From an uncultured Gemmatimonadales bacterium (lineage in GTDB: Bacteria > Gemmatimonadota > Gemmatimonadetes > Longimicrobiales > Gaopeijiaceae): DNA of 64,000 nucleotides. Under the pieces are notes generated by a model, which worked only from the letters and a program-made list of their open reading frames with translations, searched no databases and was not told the origin of the DNA. The DNA is taken from the NCBI GenBank assembly GCA_963823035.1, contig CAWGKG010000012.1:192001-256000 (forward strand), given 5' to 3'. Shown here piece by piece: positions 29,108 through 38,003 of the stretch. Both the position numbers and the translations under genes were made by a program. Numbering within the stretch: position 1 is the first letter of the stretch; each line of letters starts with the position of its first letter.

Positions 29108-29188
29108 ACGACGAGAGGTTGGGGGCGTAGGGACGATCCTCTAATGGATGTATAAACATCTGACTCGACGCCAGTGGAGATACGACGA

Positions 29189-29219
29189 AAGGGGCCGCCC
29201 CCCGTGGGAGCGGCCCCTT
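29189..29219 (-). terminator. Intrinsic terminator of exbB/tolQ
   Basis: Stem AAGGGGCCGC...GCGGCCCCTT with a short T-run on the minus strand, ~30 bp after the stop. Confidence 0.65.
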
Positions 29220-29246
29220 CGAGATCGCCAGCGGTCGTGCGGCGCG

Positions 29247-29948
29247 TCAGTCCGCGGCCCGACCCATCTGGATGGCGTGGAGGGTGTCGACCATCTTCTG
29301 GGCCGACTCCTCCATGTCGATGACCAACGCGTCGATGCGGGAGACGAAGTAGTTGTGCCCCACCGACACCGGGATCGCGATCATGAGGCCGAACGCCGTC
29401 GTGTAGAGGGCGACCTTGATGCCGCCGGCGACCAGCGTGGCCTCCACCTCGCCCGCAGCCTCGATGGACTGGAAGGCGATGATCATCCCGATCACGGTCC
29501 CGAGGAAGCCGAGCAGCGGGGCGACGTTCGTCAGCGTGGCGAGGACGACCAGTCCCGACTCGAGCTTGCTCATCTCGATGAGGCCCTGGTTCTCGATCGC
29601 CTTCATGACGCGGTCCGTGCCCTCGTCCGCCCGCTCGAGGCCGGCGTAGAGGATGTTCGCGGCCGCGCTGTTCGAATCGCGCGTCAGCTCGAGCGCTTCC
29701 TTGATGCGCCGCTGCGTCAGGAGCTCATCGACGTCCTTCAGGATCCGGCGCGTACGCGCCGACTTGGCCGTGAGGGAGATGAACTTCCAGACGATGACGA
29801 TGATCCCGAGAATGAGGCACAGAGCCAGAGGCCAAACCATGAAGCCGGTGTCGGACCAACTCTTCGCCAACTGCTGCTGCCACGTGAGCTGCGGGGTGTC
29901 GACCCCAGGAAGCTGCAGCACGGCGCCAAAAAGTCGCATCGCCAGCAA
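29247..29948 (-). CDS. MotA/TolQ/ExbB proton channel family protein
   Basis: APLLGFLGTVIGMI.AF, VAGGIKVALYTTAFGL.IAIP. Confidence 0.95.
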   Translation of the reverse strand: MLAMRLFGAVLQLPGVDTPQLTWQQQLAKSWSDTGFMVWPLALCLILGIIVIVWKFISLTAKSARTRRILKDVDELLTQRRIKEALELTRDSNSAAANILYAGLERADEGTDRVMKAIENQGLIEMSKLESGLVVLATLTNVAPLLGFLGTVIGMIIAFQSIEAAGEVEATLVAGGIKVALYTTAFGLMIAIPVSVGHNYFVSRIDALVIDMEESAQKMVDTLHAIQMGRAAD

Positions 29949-30036
29949 GGGGACCTCCAGCCAATTTCAATGTCTGGGCTTCTCGTGCGCCGGACCTCGC
30001 CAGACCGAGGGAACGGCTGTACTTCAGGAGGCCCGG

Positions 30037-30065
30037 ATAATGGCCCGCGTGGAAAAGGGTGTCAA
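30037..30065 (-). promoter_or_regulatory. Putative sigma70 promoter TTGACA-N17-CATTAT for exbB/tolQ
   Basis: Perfect -35 hexamer, 17-nt spacer and near-consensus -10, ~90 bp upstream of the start. Confidence 0.55.
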
Positions 30066-31099
30066 GGGTGGCGGGAGGCCTTGACGCAAGCGGCGAAACG
30101 CCCCGGCTCCAGCCGCTCGAGCGACGGGATTTCGGCAGTGCACGCCTCGTCTTTCGCCGGATGAGGACAACGCGGGTGGAATGGGCAGCCGGGCGGAGGG
30201 GCGATCGGGCTCGGAACGTCCCCGGTCAGCACGGCCGCTCTCCTCTTCGATCCCGCCCGTTTCATGGACGGCGCGGCCGAAAGGAGTGCGCGCGAGTATG
30301 GATGAAGCGGTTGCGCGTACAATGCGGACGCAGGTGCGCGCTCGACCACGCGGCCCAGGTACATCACCGCGATCTCGTCGCTGACGTGCCGGACCAGGGG
30401 GAGGTCGTGCGCGATGAAGAGATAGGTCAGCCCGAGATCGCGCTGCAGCTCGCGCAGGAGGTTCACCACCTGCGCCCGCACCGAGACGTCCAGCGCGCTC
30501 ACCGGCTCGTCGAGGATCAGAAGCTCGGGCTCCACCGAGAGGGCGCGCGCGATCCCCAGGCGTTGACGCTGTCCCCCGCTCAGCTCGTGCGGGTAGCTGC
30601 CCTCGTGCTCGGCCTGAAGGCCCACGCGCGCCAGGAGGTCCAGGACCCTCGCATGGACATCGCCCCCCGGCACCCCATGCACCGACATCGCCTCCGTGAG
30701 GGCGGCGCCCGCGGACATCCGGGGGTTCAGCGCCGCGGCCGAGTCCTGGAAGACGATCTGGGCCCGGCGACGGAACCGCTTCAACCCGGACGCATCGAGC
30801 GCGCGCACGTCCGTCCCGTCGAAGTGGATGGAGCCGGCCGTGGGCTCGACCAGGCGCAGGATCGTGCGCGCGAGGGTCGACTTGCCGCACCCGGACTCAC
30901 CGACCAGGCCCAGCGTCTCCCCGCGCCGGAGCTCGAGGTCGACGCCGTCCACCGCACGCAGGGGCCGTCCCCTCCCGCCGAAGAGCGTGGTCCGGGCGTC
31001 GTAGTGCTTCACGAGGCCGCGCACCTCGAGGAGGGGCCGGTCGGGGGGGCCGGCGGGAGATCCGGAGGGGGAAGGCAGCGACGTCGTTGCGTGGCTCAC
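30062..31099 (-). CDS. Oligopeptide/dipeptide ABC ATPase (OppF/DppF-like)
   Basis: GESGCGKST, YPHELSGGQRQR, DEPVSALD, HPYS..L, GCPFHPRC. Confidence 0.95.
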   Translation of the reverse strand: MSHATTSLPSPSGSPAGPPDRPLLEVRGLVKHYDARTTLFGGRGRPLRAVDGVDLELRRGETLGLVGESGCGKSTLARTILRLVEPTAGSIHFDGTDVRALDASGLKRFRRRAQIVFQDSAAALNPRMSAGAALTEAMSVHGVPGGDVHARVLDLLARVGLQAEHEGSYPHELSGGQRQRLGIARALSVEPELLILDEPVSALDVSVRAQVVNLLRELQRDLGLTYLFIAHDLPLVRHVSDEIAVMYLGRVVERAPASALYAQPLHPYSRALLSAAPSMKRAGSKRRAAVLTGDVPSPIAPPPGCPFHPRCPHPAKDEACTAEIPSLERLEPGRFAACVKASRHP

Positions 31100-32106
31100 G
31101 GAGACAGGTCCTCGGGCCGCGGCTCGTCCGAGCGGCCGACGAGCCAGCACCGGGCCATACGCTCCTCGCCCGCAAGCGGAATGGCATCGGGCTCCTGCAC
31201 GCACTTCGCGAAGGCGAGCGGGCAGCGCGGTCGGAAGCGGCAACCCTCCGGCCAGGAGGTGGCGGCGGGCACGTTTCCGGCGATGGCCCGCAGGGGGCCA
31301 TCCGCGCCGCCTGCCACGGGAATCGCGTCCAGGAGCGCGCGCGTGTAGGGATGGGCGGGTCGCACGAACACCGCCTCCACGCGACCCGTTTCCACGATGC
31401 GGCCGGCGTACATCACCGCCACGCGGTCGCACACCTCCGAGACCACGGCCAGATCGTGCGTGACCAGGATCATCGCCATCCCGTGGCGCGCCTTCAGCTC
31501 ATCGAGCAGCTGGAGGATCTGCGCCTGGACCGTGACGTCCAGAGCGGTGGTCGGCTCGTCCGCCACCAGCAGCGCCGGCTCGCACGCCAGCGCCATGGCG
31601 ATCATGACGCGCTGGCTCATTCCTCCGGAGAGCTGGTGCGGGTACGCGTCCACACGCCGCCCCGGATCGGGGATGCCGACCTCCTCCAGCCGGCGCACGG
31701 CCTCGGCGCGGGCGTCCGTCCGGTTCATCCCCCGGTGCGCGCGCAGCACCTCCACGATCTGGTCACCCACCGGGAAGACCGGGTTGAGGGACGCCGCCGG
31801 CTCCTGGAAGATCATCGCGATCTCGTTGCCGCGGACGTCGCGCAGCCGCTCTTTGGCGGCGCCCACCAGCTCCTCCCCCCTCAGGCGGATCGAGCTGCCT
31901 TCGAGGATCCGTCCCGCCGGCCGTCCGACGAGGCCGAGGAGGGAAAGCGCGGTGACGGTCTTGCCGCACCCCGACTCTCCCACGATGCCGAGCGTCTCTC
32001 CCGCATCGACGTGGAACGACACTCCGTCCACGGCGCGCGCCACGCCCCGCTCGGCGTCGAACCAGGTCCGCAGGTCCCGGACGTCGAGGAGATGCGGCGC
32101 CGTCAC
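31096..32106 (-). CDS. Oligopeptide/dipeptide ABC ATPase (OppD/DppD-like)
   Basis: GESGCGKT, MIFQEP, YPHQLSGGM, DEPTTALDVTVQAQI, GCRFRPRC. Confidence 0.95.
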   Translation of the reverse strand: MTAPHLLDVRDLRTWFDAERGVARAVDGVSFHVDAGETLGIVGESGCGKTVTALSLLGLVGRPAGRILEGSSIRLRGEELVGAAKERLRDVRGNEIAMIFQEPAASLNPVFPVGDQIVEVLRAHRGMNRTDARAEAVRRLEEVGIPDPGRRVDAYPHQLSGGMSQRVMIAMALACEPALLVADEPTTALDVTVQAQILQLLDELKARHGMAMILVTHDLAVVSEVCDRVAVMYAGRIVETGRVEAVFVRPAHPYTRALLDAIPVAGGADGPLRAIAGNVPAATSWPEGCRFRPRCPLAFAKCVQEPDAIPLAGEERMARCWLVGRSDEPRPEDLSP

Positions 32107-33239
32107 CGTAGCCTCGGGTCCAGCGCGTCGCGCAGCCCATCGCCCACCAGGTTGAAGGCGAGGACGGTGAGGACGATCGCGAACCCCGGGAAGGTGGAGA
32201 GCCACCACGCGCCCAACAGGCTGTCGCGACCATCGGCGACCATCGTGCCCCACGAGGGCGTGGGCGCCTGCACGCCGATTCCCAGGAAGGAAAGCCCCGC
32301 CTCCAGCACGATGGTGTCGCCGATGCCGAGCGTGGCGGCGATGATCACCGGCGCGAGCACGTTGGGGACGATGTGCCGGAGGATGATCCGGCGACGCGAG
32401 TAGCCGAGACCACGCGCCGCCAGCACGAACTCCCGTTCGCGCAGCCCGAGGACCTCACCGCGTACGAGGCGCGCGGCGCCGGGCCACAGGGTCAGCCCGA
32501 GCACGGTCACGATCAGGAGGAGGCTGGGCGGGAAGACCGTGACGATCGCAACCAGGAGGACCAGGCGCGGGAAGGCGATCACCACGTCCACGAAGCGCAT
32601 GATCGCACCGTCCACCCAACCCCCGAGGTAGCCGGCGACCGCACCGAGCAGCGTCCCGACCGTCACGCTGATCGCCACGGCGAGCACGCCGATACCGAGG
32701 GAGATCCTCGCGCCGTAGAGAAGCCGCGAGAAGACGTCGCGCGCGGCCTGGTCGGTGCCCATCAGGTGCACGCGCGTGGGACCCACCATCCGTTCGGTGA
32801 GGAGGGCACCCGGCCGTAGGGGATCGAAGGGCGCGATCAGGGGTGCCGCCAGGGCCACCAAACCGAGGATGAACACCACCACGAGGCCGGCCACGGCCAT
32901 CCGGTTGCGCGAGAAGACGGCAACCATGCGGGCCCAACCGCCGGATCCCGCGCGGGCGTCGGCCGGGCGTGGCCCCGTATCCACCCACGACCAGAGCCAG
33001 GCGGTGACCAGGCCGACCACCACGGTCGCCGCCGCGATCCGTTGTTCGACGGATCCGTGCCAGCCGGCCACGAGTCGCTCGGGACGGGAGAGGCCGACCC
33101 ACAGGAACCCCACCCAAACCGCCAGGGCGGCGAGGCCGCTGCCCACCCGGCCCTGGAGGAGCTGGGGCAACCCGGGTGCGAATACCGACAACATCCGCGC
33201 CGCGGGCGAGGGCAGTCGGGCGGAGGTCGCTTCAGCCAT
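32103..33239 (-). CDS. Peptide ABC permease (OppC/DppC-like) with N-terminal membrane extension
   Basis: MGTD..ARDVFSRLLYGARISL, EFVLAARGLG, EAGLSFLGIG, GDGLRDALDPR. Confidence 0.95.
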   Translation of the reverse strand: MAEATSARLPSPAARMLSVFAPGLPQLLQGRVGSGLAALAVWVGFLWVGLSRPERLVAGWHGSVEQRIAAATVVVGLVTAWLWSWVDTGPRPADARAGSGGWARMVAVFSRNRMAVAGLVVVFILGLVALAAPLIAPFDPLRPGALLTERMVGPTRVHLMGTDQAARDVFSRLLYGARISLGIGVLAVAISVTVGTLLGAVAGYLGGWVDGAIMRFVDVVIAFPRLVLLVAIVTVFPPSLLLIVTVLGLTLWPGAARLVRGEVLGLREREFVLAARGLGYSRRRIILRHIVPNVLAPVIIAATLGIGDTIVLEAGLSFLGIGVQAPTPSWGTMVADGRDSLLGAWWLSTFPGFAIVLTVLAFNLVGDGLRDALDPRLR

Positions 33240-34218
33240 GACGGATGCGAGGGTCCACCACCGCGTAGAGGACGTCCGCCAGCAGATTCGCGGCCACGAC
33301 GAGCGCCGCGAACATGAAGCTCGTTCCCATCACCAAGGGGTAGTCACGCGCCACGATACCGTCGACGATGGCCTTCCCCATGCCCGGCCAGGAGAACACG
33401 GACTCGATGAAGACCGTCCCCCCGAAGAGGAGAGGGATGTACAGCCCTCCCAGCGTGATGATCGGGATGAGCGCGTTGCGCAGGGCGTGCTTGAGCACGA
33501 CGGTGCGCTCGGGGAGCCCCTTGGCCCGGGCGGTCCGGATGTAGTCCTGGCGAACGACCTCGAGCATGCTCGCCCGCGCGTAGCGCGCGACGCCCGCCGT
33601 GAGCACGAGCGTGAGCGAGAGTACCGGCAGGGCGAGGTGCCAGAGCCGGTCGAGGAGTCGCCCACCCGGACCCATGGCGGCGTAGTCCACCGACGTCATC
33701 CCCGATACGGGGAACCAGATCGGCCAGTGCCACACGCTCCGGGCGAAGAAGCTGAAGACGAGCACCAGCATCAGCGCGAGCCAGAACGAAGGCATCGAGT
33801 AGAAGAAGAGCAGCACCACGCTGGAGACCGAGTCCGTGCGGGAGCCCCGGCGCACCGCCTGCAGCACACCCACCCCGATGCCGAGGACGAACGAGAGGAC
33901 GAGGGCGCATCCGGAGAGGATGAGCGTGTTCGGAAGGAAGGAGCCGATGACGGAGGCTACGGGGCGGCCGAGGGAGAAGCTGTACCCGAGGTCACCGGTG
34001 AGCGTGGCGACCATCCACTTCCCGTATCGCACCAGCAGCGGCTCGTCGAGCCCGAAGTTGGTGCGGATCCGGGCGATCGTCTCCGCCGTCATTCCCGGGT
34101 GGAGGAAGTAGAGCGCGGGGTCGCCCGGAGCCACCGAGAGGACGAAGAAGACGAGCGTGGCGATACCGAGCACGAGGGGCACGGCGCCCAGCACGCGACG
34201 CACCAGGAACCGGGTCAT
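33232..34218 (-). CDS. Peptide ABC permease (OppB/DppB-like)
   Basis: APGDP, GDLGYS, DYIRTARAKGL, HALRNALIP, RDYP, DPRIR. Confidence 0.96.
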   Translation of the reverse strand: MTRFLVRRVLGAVPLVLGIATLVFFVLSVAPGDPALYFLHPGMTAETIARIRTNFGLDEPLLVRYGKWMVATLTGDLGYSFSLGRPVASVIGSFLPNTLILSGCALVLSFVLGIGVGVLQAVRRGSRTDSVSSVVLLFFYSMPSFWLALMLVLVFSFFARSVWHWPIWFPVSGMTSVDYAAMGPGGRLLDRLWHLALPVLSLTLVLTAGVARYARASMLEVVRQDYIRTARAKGLPERTVVLKHALRNALIPIITLGGLYIPLLFGGTVFIESVFSWPGMGKAIVDGIVARDYPLVMGTSFMFAALVVAANLLADVLYAVVDPRIRHG

Positions 34219-34263
34219 CGGTCCGTCAACCCGCCCGCACCGCCCGCCGCCGGACGGGCGCGC

Positions 34264-35991
34264 TCACCGCGCCGAGGGATCCAGCCACCAGTCGTGGACG
34301 CTCACCCACTCGCCCCGCGCGTCCACGTGCACGCCGTGCATGGTCTTCCGCACGCCGGCCAGGCGCTCGAAGACGCAGAGGAAGGTGTAGGGCTGCTCTT
34401 CGATCAGGAGGCGCTGGTACTCCTCCCACAGGGGTAGAGCCGCCTTCCGGTCCACCACGGTCTGCAACGTGTCCATCAACCGGTCGAGCTCGGGGTTCAT
34501 CGTTCCCGACAGCCCGAACGACCCGTCGACGCGCTCGGAGCCGAAGAGGTCACGGTCGTCCTGACGGAAGTCCATGACCCAGGAGAGCACCACGCCGTCG
34601 AAGTCCTTGGCCTGGGTGAACAGCTCCTCGTTGAGCCTGGCGACGTCCTCGACCCGCACGTCGACCTTCACGCCGATGTCCGCGAGCTGCGCCTGCATGA
34701 GCTCCGCGAAGCTCTGCCGCTGCTGGCTACCCCGGTTGTACTTGATGCTGATGGCGAGCGGCAATCCCTCCGCGTTCTCGCGCACGCCGTCCCCGTCGCG
34801 GTCGCGCCACCCGGCCTCGTCGAGTAGCCGGCGGGCACCCGCGGGGTCGTAGGGAACGCCCGGGAGCGACTCAGGGCGGAACGACCAGTGCGTCGGGGGG
34901 ATCGTCGAGTTGACCACGGTTCCGTAACCGCGCAGAACGGACTGCACGATCTTCTCACGGTCCGTGCCCATCGTGAGCGCCCGCCGCACCCGCTTGTCGG
35001 AGAGCTGAGGCCTGCGCGAGTTCCACGCGACGAAGGCCACCTCGCGGTGCGCGAACCCGAGCAGCTCCACGGCTGGATCGGCCTTGATCTGCGCCGCCTG
35101 GTCGGGCTGTGCGCCCACGTAGACGTGGATGCCGCCCGTCAGCAGCTCGGCGAGGAGCGTGGTCTGCTCGGGGACGGTGCGCTGCACCAGGCGGTCGAGG
35201 AAGGGCCGCCCCCCCAGATCCGCCGGGAAGCCGGGGTTGGCCCGGAAGACCCAGCGATCGTTGAGGCGATGTTCCTCCACCACGAACGGGCCGCTCCCGA
35301 CGGGGCACTCGGTGTTGTAGGGGTGTCGGGCGAGTGAGTCCGGGGGTACGTCGCCCAGGAGGTGTTCGGGGAGGATGGCCGTGGCCCGCCAGGCATCCAG
35401 GTAGTCCGCATGGGGGCGCATCCGGAAGGCCACCGTGGTGTCGTCCACCACGCGGACGCCGTCCTCTCCCTGGTCGTACCCGTCCCAATAGGACGGATTG
35501 GGGAAACGCGTGGCGGGGTCGGTGACCGTGCGGTAGGTGAAGGCCACGTCGTTCGCGTCCGTACGCTCGCCGTCGTGCCAGTAGACATCGCTACGAAGGT
35601 GGAAGGTCAGCTCGGTGGTGTCCGCGTTGACCTCCCACGAGCGGGCGAGATACGGCTCGGGCATAAGGTCCTCGTCGAAGCGCACGAGCGTCGTCTGCAC
35701 CACGAACTGCTGGTACTGCGTGCTGTTGTAGTCGGTGGAGATCGCGGAGTTCATGCCGCCCGGCAGCTCCGCGACGATCCCGACCACGCCCGTGCCCCCG
35801 TAGCGCTCGTCGCCGGCCGGCACCGGATGCTCGGCAGCCGCCCGCTCGAGGTAGGCGGCCACGCGCGGCCTTACCTCGGCGCAGAACCCGGCGACGCTCC
35901 CGCCTTCCCCGGGCTCGTTGCCTCCGCACGCTCCGGCGGCCGGAAGGAGGAGCACCGCCATGCATGTCATCGCCCTGCGGACCGTCACCAT
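34264..35991 (-). CDS. Peptide ABC substrate-binding lipoprotein (SBP family 5)
   Basis: Lipobox AAGAC; PYLARSWE, WHDG...A.DV.FT, VGSGPF, RVRRAL, YDP..A..LLDEAGW.D.DGDG. Confidence 0.93.
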   Translation of the reverse strand: MVTVRRAMTCMAVLLLPAAGACGGNEPGEGGSVAGFCAEVRPRVAAYLERAAAEHPVPAGDERYGGTGVVGIVAELPGGMNSAISTDYNSTQYQQFVVQTTLVRFDEDLMPEPYLARSWEVNADTTELTFHLRSDVYWHDGERTDANDVAFTYRTVTDPATRFPNPSYWDGYDQGEDGVRVVDDTTVAFRMRPHADYLDAWRATAILPEHLLGDVPPDSLARHPYNTECPVGSGPFVVEEHRLNDRWVFRANPGFPADLGGRPFLDRLVQRTVPEQTTLLAELLTGGIHVYVGAQPDQAAQIKADPAVELLGFAHREVAFVAWNSRRPQLSDKRVRRALTMGTDREKIVQSVLRGYGTVVNSTIPPTHWSFRPESLPGVPYDPAGARRLLDEAGWRDRDGDGVRENAEGLPLAISIKYNRGSQQRQSFAELMQAQLADIGVKVDVRVEDVARLNEELFTQAKDFDGVVLSWVMDFRQDDRDLFGSERVDGSFGLSGTMNPELDRLMDTLQTVVDRKAALPLWEEYQRLLIEEQPYTFLCVFERLAGVRKTMHGVHVDARGEWVSVHDWWLDPSAR

Positions 35992-36038
35992 GCGCGCTTC
36001 ATCCTGTACCAGCCCCGGTGGCGCGGGCGGCTTCCGGG

Positions 36039-36755
36039 TCAACGCCGCCACGTCCAGTCGTCGCGGGCGTACCGTTCGTCTTCGAGCTCGTCGGCCCGCC
36101 GAATCTCCGGCGGATGATAGTCACCCTCGTCCCAGCGGCCCCCCAGCGCAAGTCGAAGGCCTTCGGCGAGCGCTTCGCAAAGTTCGACCGGGTCGACGGA
36201 CCGGCCCAGCTCCTCCTCGACGGAAGCGGATGTGGTGGAATCCGGCTCGCCGCCGGACAGACGCGCAAGCACGCCCTGGTCGCCGCGGAGGATCACGGAG
36301 CCGTGCTGCAGGATCGCGCCGCCGAGGCGCACCTGCGCGCTCCCGACGAGCTTCCTTCCGCCCGCCACCACCTCACCGGGCGCCGGGGCCCTGAAACAGG
36401 GACCGGCGTCGGGCTTGAGCACGACCCCGTCCGCCGCGAGCTCCGCCCTGACGCCGAGGGCGCACAGTCCCCGCACGAGGCCGCCATGCACCCGCTGATA
36501 GGCCGCGCGAGCGCCGCCCAGCGCGCGGACGGGCAACGCCACGGCGTACGTCACCTCGTGCGCGTGCAGCACGGCCCGGCCGCCGGTGGGTCGCCGCACG
36601 AAGCCGAGGCCCCGGGCGCGCGCCGCGTCCCGGTCGTAGCGGCCGGCCGTCGGCTCGTTGCGGCCGAAGGAGATCGTGTGCGGTGCCCACGCGTAGAAGC
36701 GTACCACGGCGCGGCGATCGCCCACGTGCTCCGCCAGCGCGTGATCCAGCGCCAT
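36039..36755 (-). CDS. Lipoate-protein ligase/octanoyltransferase (LipM/LplA family)
   Basis: MALD.AL, VRFYAW, VRRPTGGRAVLH, KLVGSAQ, LQHGS. The frame stays open upstream (LRWRVLLD), so the true start may be near 36807. Confidence 0.9.
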   Translation of the reverse strand: MALDHALAEHVGDRRAVVRFYAWAPHTISFGRNEPTAGRYDRDAARARGLGFVRRPTGGRAVLHAHEVTYAVALPVRALGGARAAYQRVHGGLVRGLCALGVRAELAADGVVLKPDAGPCFRAPAPGEVVAGGRKLVGSAQVRLGGAILQHGSVILRGDQGVLARLSGGEPDSTTSASVEEELGRSVDPVELCEALAEGLRLALGGRWDEGDYHPPEIRRADELEDERYARDDWTWRR

Positions 36756-36819
36756 GTTGCGCGACCCCGTGCGCGCGGCGGCGTCGAGGAGGACGCGCCA
36801 GCGCAGCTCCGGGTCGGCT

Positions 36820-37503
36820 TCAGAACTCGTAGCTGCCCCCGGGCTCCAGGATCTCGACGCGGGCGGCGTCGCCGACCTTGGTCCTGAAGACCTCCGGATC
36901 CTGCGCGATCACCGGCCAGGTGTTGTAGTGGATGGGAATGACGACGGCCGGCTCGATCATGCGCACGGCACGCGCCGCGTCCTCCGGTCCCATCGTGAAG
37001 TTGTCGCCGATCGGGAGGAGCGCCACGTCCACCTGCCCCTTGAGCAGTTGGAAGTCCATGATCAGCGCCGTGTCGCCGGAGTGGTAGAAGCGCTTCCCGT
37101 TGAACTCGACGAGCAGCCCCGCGCAGTCGGTCGTGTGCGTGCCGGTGTCGTCGCCGGCGACCGAGCCCGTGTGCAACGCGGGCGTGAGCTTCAGGCGGCC
37201 GAAGGGGAACGTGTAGGCGCCGCCGATGTTCATCCCGTGCCCGTTCTCGACGCCCTTCTCCCCGCAGAAGCCCACGATCTCGAAGGTCGAGATGACCATC
37301 GCGCCCGTTCGCTTCGCCAGGGGGATGCAGTCGGCGAAGTGATCGAAGTGGCCGTGGGAGACCAGGATGTAGTCCGCCTCCACGTCGTCCACGCTGAGAT
37401 CGGTGGCGGGGTTGTCGGTGAAGAAGGGGTCGATGACCAGCTTCGTGCCGTCGTCCGTCTCGAGCGTGCAGGTCGCGTGGCCGTGCCAGGTGAGTTTGGC
37501 CAT
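36820..37503 (-). CDS. Metal-dependent hydrolase, metallo-beta-lactamase fold (UPF0173)
   Basis: LTWHGHA, IDPF, SHGHFDH, MNIGG, YHSGDT, LPIGDNFTMGP, IPIHYNTW. Confidence 0.95.
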   Translation of the reverse strand: MAKLTWHGHATCTLETDDGTKLVIDPFFTDNPATDLSVDDVEADYILVSHGHFDHFADCIPLAKRTGAMVISTFEIVGFCGEKGVENGHGMNIGGAYTFPFGRLKLTPALHTGSVAGDDTGTHTTDCAGLLVEFNGKRFYHSGDTALIMDFQLLKGQVDVALLPIGDNFTMGPEDAARAVRMIEPAVVIPIHYNTWPVIAQDPEVFRTKVGDAARVEILEPGGSYEF

Positions 37504-37575
37504 GGGTGGTCCTCGTTCTGGGGTCTCTTCCCCGGAATCTGGGCCCGTCGCGATCGCGGGGCGACCCCGGCGAGC

Positions 37576-37605
37576 TTGACGCTCCAGCCCCCAGCGCGCT
37601 ATTCG
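37576..37605 (+). promoter_or_regulatory. Putative sigma70 promoter for padR (TTGACG-N18-TATTCG)
   Basis: Consensus-like hexamers in the divergent intergenic region. Confidence 0.3.
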
Positions 37606-37644
37606 TACCCCTAAACACACACGGGTAACATGCTGGGGGAAACG

Positions 37645-37983
37645 ATGGGTGACACGCTCCCGCTCCTGAAGGGCACGCTCGACCTCCTCATCCTCAAGGC
37701 GCTGAGCGTGGAGCCGACGCACGGCTACGGCGTCGCGAAGTGGCTCGAGGCGCGCTCCGGTGGCGACATCGGGGCGGACGACAGCGCTCTCTATCAGGCG
37801 CTCCACAGACTCGAAGCGCGCGGCTACGTGGCGGCGGCGTGGGGGGTCTCGGAGAACAACCGCCGCGCCCGCTACTACAGGCTGTCGGCGAAGGGCCGTC
37901 GTCACCTGGAGGCCGAGGCGGAGACGTGGCGCCGCTACGCGCGCTCCGTGGAGGGCGTGTTGACGGCCGGGGACGCGGAATAG
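37645..37983 (+). CDS. PadR-family regulator (acidobacterial type)
   Basis: LLKGTLDLLILKAL...HGYG...SALYQALHRLE.RG...WG.SENNRRARYY. Confidence 0.95.
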   Translation: MGDTLPLLKGTLDLLILKALSVEPTHGYGVAKWLEARSGGDIGADDSALYQALHRLEARGYVAAAWGVSENNRRARYYRLSAKGRRHLEAEAETWRRYARSVEGVLTAGDAE

Positions 37984-38003
37984 ACGAAGGCGAAGGAGGG
38001 GAC

